A stretch of DNA of 63,966 nt, counting the filler, from Octopus bimaculoides (lineage: Eukaryota), in assembly GCF_001194135.2 (NCBI RefSeq). It is 6 parts of 6 records of this genome, joined end to end, with 100 filler letters (N's around TTAATTAATTAA, not from the genome) between each part and the next. Parts side by side here need not be neighbours in the genome. Positions count along the whole stretch, not along the records: positions 51,745 to 61,546 come from NC_068986.1; positions 61,647 to 63,966 come from NW_026414502.1; 4 more parts are not named here. The stretch is one strand, 5' to 3'. The stretch's first letter is position 1. Each line of letters starts with the position of its first letter. The notes under the pieces are model-generated. The model searched no databases and was not told the DNA's origin. It was given only the letters and a program-made list of their open reading frames with translations. Shown piece by piece: positions 54,310-63,966 of this stretch. The position numbers and the translations under genes are program-made.

Positions 54310-56390
54310 AAATAGTAATTTTCTAATTTTCATATTTTTCTGTCGAGATTACATATTTCAGTAACTGACCAGTTCATGATATTGAAACTGTAAGTCACAA
54401 CTGGTATGGCTGAAGTATTAATCACTTTGATCCTGTTTCTTGCATTCAGCTCTGTCTTAAGTATTTCCCTTAACCTACGATAACTTCTCTTCTGATCCTT
54501 TCCCTCATCACTGAATGTTTGATTCCATCCCCTTCAAATACCCCTAGGTAGCTCTCTCCTTGTTCTAATTCCTTTATGACATTCTGTTGGTCGAGATTAA
54601 CATTGAATGTTTCTGTCATTTTTTCTTTGATAAAGGTAACTTTTGCACATTTATCGAGGCCAAATTGCGTCCTAATGTCATCACTGAATTGTTTAACAAT
54701 CACTAGTAAGTCCTGTAGTAGTTGGTCATTTTTTGCAAAGAGCTTTAAATCATCCATGTAAATAAGATGATTTATATTTTTAGAGGTATTAAGGCTAGAC
54801 AAAAGAGGAGTGATGATAGAAAATCACCCTGGAAAATGCCACATGGAATTCTTACATCTCCAGCGTTAAGAGATACATTGTTACTGTTCAAAGTCAGTGT
54901 GGTTCTCCATGATTTCATAATTACAGACAAGGAGTTTTGCAGAGTAAGAGCTATTTTATACATTCCCAGACATTATTTAATCCAGCTATGTGATAGACAA
55001 TCAAAAGCATGTTTATAGTCTATCCAGGTTATCAACAAGTTTCTGTGTCATTTGTGACAATTTTCCAAGATCATCTCCTTTATGGGTAGCTGATCTTTAC
55101 AACCATAGGACCCACATTTACTTCCTTTTTGCTCATTAAGGAATATGCCACTTTCTATTAAAAAATTTAGGTATTTTCAGTCAAGACAGATGTTAGCATT
55201 TTATACATTGTTGTTAAGCAAATTATGGGTCTATAATTTTTTGGTTCATTTGTTTCTTCATTTTTTGGAAGTAAGAATGTTACACCATTAACTAGCCAAG
55301 AGGGAATCATACTAAGTTGTTGCAAAACATTGTTGTAAAGTTTTGTTAGCAGTTCATGACTCTCTGAAGGCATTCAGCCAGAAGTAAGGAACTTTATCCT
55401 TTCCTGAAGACTTCCATTTGCTTGATTTCCTGAGAGCAGATCTTACATCCTCTACCTTGATGCCCTCCCACTTTTGCTCTTCTAAGGAGTCTAAGTCTTT
55501 AGATATTCTTTCAGTCCAAGGGGCCTTTTTATTGCGTGTTTTTTCTTCTGTTCAAATTTTATTCCAGAATTTCTGCACTTCTTTTGATGGGACAGACATT
55601 ACTGTAACTGGTTTTTTCCCTATCTTCCTGTAAAAATATTTGGGGTTATTCTTTAACATGTTGTTTTCCTTGAAGAATCTAATGCGCTTTTCATACCTTG
55701 CTTTGCAGGCAGATTTAGCACATACCTTTTGCTTGATGGTAGTATTGATATCAAATATGGTTTTCATATTATATCTTTTCTTTAGTTTTCAGATCTTTGT
55801 TGGTTTGATAGTTTTGTCAAGGTTTTTTAAACATTCTATGTCAGCTGAATTTGGTGTTAAATACGTTCTTGCCAAGTAGGCTTTTTGAGGGAATGTTGTT
55901 GTTTTCTAATCTTTTCACCACATAGAATTGTTGAGATTTTCGCGGATGCATAGTACAGGTGGTTGAGATCTGTAATATCAACATCATTAGCTGAAATCAT
56001 ATCCTTAAGTGCAAGGCAGATTTTACCAATTATTTTCAGGTTTTGGTTAGAATTGCAAATTTTTAGGAGATTGTCGAGTTCATTCATACTGGTTTCTTTA
56101 ATTTTCTGCCATTCAATCATGATTTGATTGTTTAGATCATGTAGTTCTGTTGGGTCAATTTCTGTGTGACTTTCTTCATCTATTTGATTTTCGTCTGCCT
56201 TAGTGTTTATGCTTGGTTCAGAGAGTATTTCACTTTGCCTATCAGTTACCTTAACTCTTTCAATCATTATTGCATTTTCATCAGCCTTGGGCTGGTTTAT
56301 AATTATTTCCTCTGTAGTATCTTCTTTAGCGACAACTTTGCTCTTTTTATCCCTTACTGATTGTTTAATTTGGTCAATCTCTAATTCAGT
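54310..56390 (-). mobile_element. Decayed R4/Dong-like non-LTR retrotransposon (RT region), truncated at both ends
   Basis: NPKYFYRKI, WLVNGVTFLLPK..EPKNYRPIICL, GIFQGDFLSSLLFCLALIPL, INHLIYMDDLKLFAK, QFGLDKCAK, YLGV; many stops and frameshifts. Confidence 0.9.
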
Positions 56391-56395
56391 TAGTA

Positions 56396-56399
<4 letters not shown>

Positions 56400-56439
<40 letters not shown>

Positions 56440-56709
56440 TCAGTAATTTTATTTTTATAACGTGCTTTCACTTCACTACCGAGCGCAGCTCTGTGTGCCT
56501 TGGGTATGTGCTGTGGTTTGCTGTGATGCTCTTATGGTTACTGTATTGAAAGTGTTTTGCGTAGGATGTGTGCAGTGCCCAGTAACGCAATTTTCTATAT
56601 GTTATATATATTTGTAAGTCCTGGTGTTTTTGTTATGTATTTGTCTGAATATTTTTTATTATACCTAATGCGCCTACTATGATAAGAATTGTTTCTGTTT
56701 TTAGACTCC
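56400..56709 (-). mobile_element. 3' end of a second R4/Dong-like element with (AAT)n tail
   Basis: SLKTETILIIVGALGIIK (C-terminal motif of the restriction-like endonuclease), then 3' UTR and TAA-repeat run. Confidence 0.7.
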
Positions 56710-57335
56710 NNNNNNNNNNNNNNNNNNNNNNNNNNNNNNNNNNNNNNNNNNNNNNNNNNNNNNNNNNNNNNNNNNNNNNNNNNNNNNNNNNNNNNNNNNN
56801 NNNNNNNNNNNNNNNNNNNNNNNNNNNNNNNNNNNNNNNNNNNNNNNNNNNNNNNNNNNNNNNNNNNNNNNNNNNNNNNNNNNNNNNNNNNNNNNNNNNN
56901 NNNNNNNNNNNNNNNNNNNNNNNNNNNNNNNNNNNNNNNNNNNNNNNNNNNNNNNNNNNNNNNNNNNNNNNNNNNNNNNNNNNNNNNNNNNNNNNNNNNN
57001 NNNNNNNNNNNNNNNNNNNNNNNNNNNNNNNNNNNNNNNNNNNNNNNNNNNNNNNNNNNNNNNNNNNNNNNNNNNNNNNNNNNNNNNNNNNNNNNNNNNN
57101 NNNNNNNNNNNNNNNNNNNNNNNNNNNNNNNNNNNNNNNNNNNNNNNNNNNNNNNNNNNNNNNNNNNNNNNNNNNNNNNNNNNNNNNNNNNNNNNNNNNN
57201 NNNNNNNNNNNNNNNNNNNNNNNNNNNNNNNNNNNNNNNNNNNNNNNNNNNNNNNNNNNNNNNNNNNNNNNNNNNNNNNNNNNNNNNNNNNNNNNNNNNN
57301 NNNNNNNNNNNNNNNNNNNNNNNNNNNNNNNNNNN

Positions 57336-57381
<46 letters not shown>

Positions 57382-57749
57382 GAAAGTGTAAAGCCTGAAA
57401 TATTCTATTTTTCACTCGTCATGACAACAAAACTTTTCAAAGTCTCCTACCAACTATTTTTTACCAACACAGCCCATCACCAGTTTTCCTACAGTCTAGA
57501 TCTTTTCCTTCACTCATTTAAATCCCACATATTATTTATTTACACAAATTTTAAAAGAAAGAGATGCAAAATCAACTTTGATGGAATTTGAACTTATGAC
57601 ATGAAGAAAGAAAACTAATGAAGATTTAATTTGATACTCTCTTTTCGTCAACTGAGCACTGTCCTAAGAGACTGACTGCATGTGTGTCATTGCTGAACCC
57701 AACAGAAATAGCAGCAGAATTCATACTCCATCTTCTTAAAGAAAAAGAA

Positions 57750-57935
57750 GATATATATTGATTTCAAATTTTGGCACAAAGCCAGTAATTTTGGAGGAGG
57801 TTGTAAGTCAATTACATCGACCCCACTGTTTAACTGGTACTTATTCATTGATCCCAAAAGGATGGAAGGCAAAGTCGACCTTGGCAGAATTTGAACTCAG
57901 AACATAGCATGCTAATGATTCTGCCAGCTCATCAC
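57750..57935 (-). mobile_element. SINE family B
   Basis: ttcaaattttggcacaaagcc...ggcaaagtcgaccttggcagaatttgaactcag. Confidence 0.85.
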
Positions 57936-58795
57936 ATTAAAGAAGATACATATTAAACCATGCAGTTCGAGAGACCTAAAAAAAATGATGAGATGTGATT
58001 GTCATGGTTGGATTGCCTTTCATCATAGGTTTCTCAGAGTTAACCTGGAGTTAAACAATTTGCGGTCATTAAATGTGTATCTGTTCAAATCACCCAAATG
58101 TATGTTTAGTTAATACAAAATAAAAGTTAAAATAAGGTACAGCTAACTATTAAATATATAAAATATAATAAAAATGTTAGTTTCATCAAAAATATAATTG
58201 TATTTAATTTTTAATTTTTCTATTTTTTTACATTTTATTTTGAAATTTTCAGAAAATCGCAGATAACCAAATAAAGCACCCATCCTACACTCTAGTAGGA
58301 AAGAGATTCAGTGCTAAAGTACTTAAATTTTATAACGGTGTCATATTCAGCTTTATTTGTACTTTTAAACTTTGTCAACTTCAAGCAATTTGAATGCAGC
58401 ACAATTTTGTTTTCTTTTTCCCTTTTTGTTAAATGTGGTGAAACTTTTTTGCAAATTTAAATCTATTAAAGTCTGCTGCATTTCCTGAACAAAATGGTTG
58501 CTGCCTACATATCCCGCTTCTCTCATGTTTGGGTTTGTGATTTCATAAAGCACTAGTGGTTATATAACTGATACACTACATTAACAAATCACATTGAAAT
58601 ACAGCAAAATTTAGCCTGAGATTCACAGACAAAACAAACTTTACAACAGTAACCTTTCGTGATATTTACATTTAACCTAAACTCAAAATCACATGAGCCA
58701 TTCAAGAACTAAACAAAAAAAACCATCCTACATTTTTCATAAATTTTTACATCTATTTTTCCATATTGCCATGAGCTAACATGAGTACATATGTG

Positions 58796-58838
<43 letters not shown>

Positions 58839-58849
58839 CGGCCAAGACC

Positions 58850-59300
58850 TTTGGAGATATGCTGTGCTTGAGAAGATCCAGCAAGCCAATTCAGATCATA
58901 ACTGTTGCCTTTGTCAGTGTCGCATAACCAGCCCATTTAAGCGTACCCTTCAATCGTTGGACAATGTGCTGTGCTTGAGAAGACCTGTTGAGTCAAGTGA
59001 AATCATTGTCGTGGCCGATGCCAGTACTACATGACTGGCACCCATGCCAGTGGTATGCAGAGAGCATCATTCGAGTGTGGTCAATGCCAGTGGCACCTGA
59101 TTGACCCCCGTGTCAGTGGCACATAAAAAGCACACTCTATAGTCTCAGAGTGGTTGGTGTTAAGAAAGGCATCCAGCTGTAGAAACTCTGCCAGATCAGA
59201 TTGGAGCCTGGTGCAGCCTCATAGCTTGCCAGTCTTCAGTCAAACCATCCAACCCATGCCAGCATGGAAAGCGGATGTTAAATGATGATGATGATGATAT
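58850..59300 (+). mobile_element. Family D long copy
   Basis: gctgtgcttgagaaga duplicated modules, then the D tail. Confidence 0.8.
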
Positions 59301-59309
59301 ATATTATCA

Positions 59310-60265
59310 TCATCATCATCATTTAACATTCACCTTTCAAACTAGCATGAGTGGGATGGTTTCACAAAAGCCAGCCAGGCAGAAGCCTGCACCAGACTTC
59401 TGTGACTGTTTTGGTAGGATTTTTACAGCCCAATTCCCTTCCTAACACCAACCACTCAGCAGAGAGGACTTAGTGGCACAAGCACAGGCAAGATCAGTTT
59501 TGGCAAGGTTTTTAGAGCGAGATATCCTTCCAAACTCCAACCACTTTACAGTGTGGACTGGGAGCTTTTAAGTGGCACCTGCACTGACAGGGTCACCGAG
59601 TACTGGCAAGACAAAAAAAAACTTTCAAGAGGGGAGGGGGCATTGGAGGAAGTGATCTTGTGTTGGATGATGAAAGGTTATAGTGAGACAGAGAGACAGA
59701 AATAGGTGTTTTGCTGTAATGGAAGTACAAGGTTACCCAGCTGGAGAGAAAGAGAGAGAGAGATCAGGTATGAAGACAGAAACAGGTGCACTACCACAAA
59801 GGAAATACATGGTTACTCAACCTGAGGGAAGTGCAGGAGAAGGAGAGAGAGAGAGTGGGAGACAGCAGGATAGTGATGGTGGCAAAATGCCAGGCATACT
59901 CACAAGGGATAGGGATCAGAATATAAATGGGATGGTTGAGTAAAGGAAGAGAGAGAAATAGATGGTGGCAAATGCCAGGGCATACCCTTGAGGTTTGAAT
60001 GCCATAATATAAGTGCAGGATATTACAAAGGAAGTATAACTAAAGAGTGTAGAAGAGGGAGTGAATTGCGTAAATCTGAGTATATATAGTCAGGGGGCAA
60101 CCGGATAGCAATGATACAGAAGAACAGGGCCATGAGGACAGGATTGGGGAGTGAGAGCTAGGCATAGTGTATGAAGGAGGAAATGTGAGTAAAAAAAGAG
60201 ATGTGGATATGAACCCAAAACCACATAGCTGAGAAGTAAACTTCTTAACTACACAACCATGCTTA
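59310..60265 (-). mobile_element. Probable composite repeat: family-A-like tRNA head, (TC)-rich body, family-D-like tail
   Basis: D-like tail at 59310-59600; A-like head remnant gaacccaaaaccacatagctgagaagtaaacttcttaactacacaacc at ~60210-60260. Confidence 0.5.
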
Positions 60266-61449
60266 TTCCTACATTAACACAAAATGAGACCACCCACCAG
60301 TGTCCTCACAGATATATGCAAGCACATTGCCCTACACTAAAATCTAGTGGAACCTTTGGTTTTTAAACTTACTGAAGTCTGTGACCATCGTTGCCTATAC
60401 ACCACTTTTCTCATGTTGAAAGCTTTCGTACACAGATTTTACTACCAATCAAACCAATCCCTATCTTGAAATATACGTCAACAAAAACCATGATTTGTTC
60501 TAAAGTGTAATAAATGATGACAGCAACAAGCTGTAACTGTCCAACTAAAAAGAAAGAAAAAAATCAATGCCTTCTCTTTTTCTCTTTCTCTCTCCTTCTT
60601 TCTCTCCCTCTCTCTTTCTCTCACTTTCAGTCTCTCTCTCTTCTGTTCCTATCTTTCAGTAGTATCCCATGAGACTATCAGAGCAGCTTTAATGACAATC
60701 ATTAATGAAAAACTAATAAATATTTCGCTCCCAACAGAAGTAAACTATGCAATAACTGAGTGATTAGAATAAATACTATCCTAAGATATATATTCTCCAA
60801 TTGCTTTCACTATTTCTTATAGGCAATCTTCACAATTCCACAGACATACATCAATAAAACAAATTTATACCCAAGGAAAAGGATTCGAGATAAACTTTTC
60901 ATTTAATTTTGTAGCCTTTCTTTACCAAACACAAATTTTATTACAAGCAATGTCTTAGAACCAACTGTGAACTTATATTCTGCATGTCTTTTAATTTGAC
61001 ACAAAATTCCACAATCTGACTGCACCTTGGCATAGCTACGATATTAAATCTCCCATAAAATTGATAGAATTTTAGTATACATTCTGGATTTTAGCATAAC
61101 ATATTGCTAATATTTACTTTGTATCAGATGACAAATACAAGAATTCTCTTAAGAGCAATAATTTCATGAGAGCAATATATTTAACATATTCTTTACACTT
61201 ACTCAGTGAAATATTGTCTTGCCCTTCAATAATATTTACATTATTTATTTTACTATTTCAGTACTTTGTGTCTCCCTCTCTCTGTACAAGAAATATTGTT
61301 TTCCAGTTTAATGATTGTTTATGTTAATCAGTATGATTTATAATACTTTATTTTCCAGTCAAGTTTCTTAATCAACAAAATATTGGAGATTTTTTTTTTT
61401 CACCAGCTTTCATTATAATCTTCATTCATCTTCTTTATCAGTGACAGCC

Positions 61450-61485
<36 letters not shown>

Positions 61486-61546
61486 ACACAAACACACACA
61501 CACACACACGCATGCACACATATGTGAGTGACAGCATGTATATATA

Positions 61547-61646
61547 NNNNNNNNNNNNNNNNNNNNNNNNNNNNNNNNNNNNNNNNNNNNTTAATTAATT
61601 AANNNNNNNNNNNNNNNNNNNNNNNNNNNNNNNNNNNNNNNNNNNN
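61547..61646. other. Synthetic 100-bp assembly spacer
   Basis: N44-TTAATTAATTAA-N44. Confidence 0.95.
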
Positions 61647-61829
61647 ATATATATATATATTAGTGTACATGCATATATGAGGCAATACTATAAGTGAGTA
61701 ATATAAATGGTAAGCTATTTGGTCACCTGGTATACACAACTTTTTGTATGATCATCGTAATCTGAAACGTGGCCTCCTCGTCGATAGACTGATTGGACGC
61801 AATTCCTACCTCAGGTCCCTATAACCGTC

Positions 61830-61873
<44 letters not shown>

Positions 61874-62055
61874 TTTGATAAAAGGTTAGCAATGGAGTTG
61901 GGGCATAAATTGGTTACATAGACCCCTGTGTATAACTGGTACTTATTTCATTGAGCCCGAAATTCGACCTCGGTGGAACACAAAATGCGGTATTTTCTCC
62001 AGCCAGCAATGCTGCCAGTTCACTGGAACTGCATTATTCCACTGCCTGGAACTGG

Positions 62056-62088
<33 letters not shown>

Positions 62089-62108
62089 GTTGTTGTTGTT
62101 GTTATAAA

Positions 62109-62325
62109 GGCGGCGAGCTGGCAGAATCGTTAGCGCACCAGACGATATGCTTAGCGGAATTCCACCCGTCGCTACGTTCTGAGTACAAACTCCGCCGAGG
62201 TCGACTTTACTTTTCATCCTTTCGGTATCGATAAAATAAGTACCAGTTGAACACTAGGGTCGATGTAACCCACTTATCTCCACGCTCAAAACTACTTCTT
62301 TTGTGGCAAAATTTGAAACCAAAAA
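62109..62325 (+). mobile_element. SINE family B
   Basis: ggcggcgagctggcagaatcgttagc...gccgaggtcgac...ttgtggcaaaatttgaaacc then (ATT)n. Confidence 0.88.
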
Positions 62326-62373
<48 letters not shown>

Positions 62374-63368
62374 CTTAAATTATTATTATAATTATAATTA
62401 TAATTATTATTATTACTATTACTATTATTATTATTATTATTATTATTACTATTATCATTATTATTATTGTTATTATCATCTTAAATTATTATTATCGTTA
62501 TTATTATTATTATAATTATANNNNNNNNNNNNNNNNNNNNNNNNNNNNNNNNNNNNNNNNNNNNNNNNNNNNNNNNNNNNNNNNNNNNNNNNNNNNNNNN
62601 NNNNNNNNNNNNNNNNNNNNNNNNNNNNNNNNNNNNNNNNNNNNNNNNNNNNNNNNNNNNNNNNNNNNNNNNNNNNNNNNNNNNNNNNNNNNNNNNNNNN
62701 NNNNNNNNNNNNNNNNNNNNNNNNNNNNNNNNNNNNNNNNNNNNNNNNNNNNNNNNNNNNNNNNNNNNNNNNNNNNNNNNNNNNNNNNNNNNNNNNNNNN
62801 NNNNNNNNNNNNNNNNNNNNNNNNNNNNNNNNNNNNNNNNNNNNNNNNNNNNNNNNNNNNNNNNNNNNNNNNNNNNNNNNNNNNNNNNNNNNNNNNNNNN
62901 NNNNNNNNNNNNNNNNNNNNNNNNNNNNNNNNNNNNNNNNNNNNNNNNNNNNNNNNNNNNNNNNNNNNNNNNNNNNNNNNNNNNNNNNNNNNNNNNNNNN
63001 NNNNNNNNNNNNNNNNNNNNNNNNNNNNNNNNNNNNNNNNNNNNNNNNNNNNNNNNNNNNNNNNNNNNNNNNNNNNNNNNNNNNNNNNNNNNNNNNNNNN
63101 NNNNNNNNNNNNNNNNNNNNNNNNNNNNNNNNNNNNNNNNNNNNNNNNNNNNNNNNNNNNNNNNNNNNNNNNNNNNNNNNNNNNNNNNNNNNNNNNNNNN
63201 NNNNNNNNNNNNNNNNNNNNNNNNNNNNNNNNNNNNNNNNNNNNNNNNNNNNNNNNNNNNNNNNNNNNNNNNNNNNNNNNNNNNNNNNNNNNNNNNNNNN
63301 NNNNNNNNNNNNNNNNNNNNNNNNNNNNNNNNNNNNNNNNNNNNNNNNNNNNNNNNNNNNNNNNNNNN

Positions 63369-63408
<40 letters not shown>

Positions 63409-63966
63409 TAAGCAACAATTGCATTGAGGGTAACTTGGAAGTATCGACCTGCTAAGCTAGCATCGGTCAGTCCGAGAATGCCATAGCGAACAGAAACGTT
63501 GAAGGCACTGTAATCTCTATTCTTAGCAAGGTACACACACACACACACACACATATATAGACAGATAGATAAATATATACAGGTATATCAATGTATTCAA
63601 GATAGAATATTTATATAGATATTAATATTGCTATTATTATCGAAGGCAATATAAATAGTTGTGATAACAGCAACATTAATATAGGTGGTTGCAAACCTAA
63701 AATAGCATTATACAGCAATAGAATTAAAATTATATAAATCATAGGCACGTACGCATGCGTCTACCTGATAGAAATGATAGCTAAAACCCTCGTTTCAACC
63801 ACCAAACACATTGGAGACAGAAACAGAAGCAATGGCATTCGTGCAAACGAAAATTCATGACAGGTCGTATATTAGTTTACTAATACCCCAAAAATATAAA
63901 TTTATGCTCTATCAGTATGTGATGGATTTTGTTTGGCCCGTTTGCCCGGGAACAGTTGATTCTGAT

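Overview
Repeat-dense, gapped eukaryotic DNA. The SINE, LINE and microsatellite landscape points to an octopus-type coleoid cephalopod (inference, no database search run). Five exact 100-bp gaps carry a synthetic TTAATTAATTAA spacer, so the window is six separately assembled blocks. The only gene I can identify confidently is an 8-exon internal part of sorting nexin-14 (PXA domain to RGS domain, minus strand, 16301-28109). All its junctions are GT-AG and phase-compatible, and all lie within one block. The rest is mostly tRNA-derived SINEs, decayed RTE and R4/Dong-type LINEs, piggyBac/hAT/mariner-type MITEs and microsatellites. Most interesting: (1) a ~490-bp intronic element with a tRNA-like head between two inverted Penelope-type termini whose consensus rebuilds a minimal hammerhead ribozyme; (2) a second palindromic hammerhead relic; (3) CpG-depleted versus CpG-intact blocks that switch at the spacers; (4) a few orphan exon candidates. 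Repeat boundaries are approximate; exon boundaries were read base by base.
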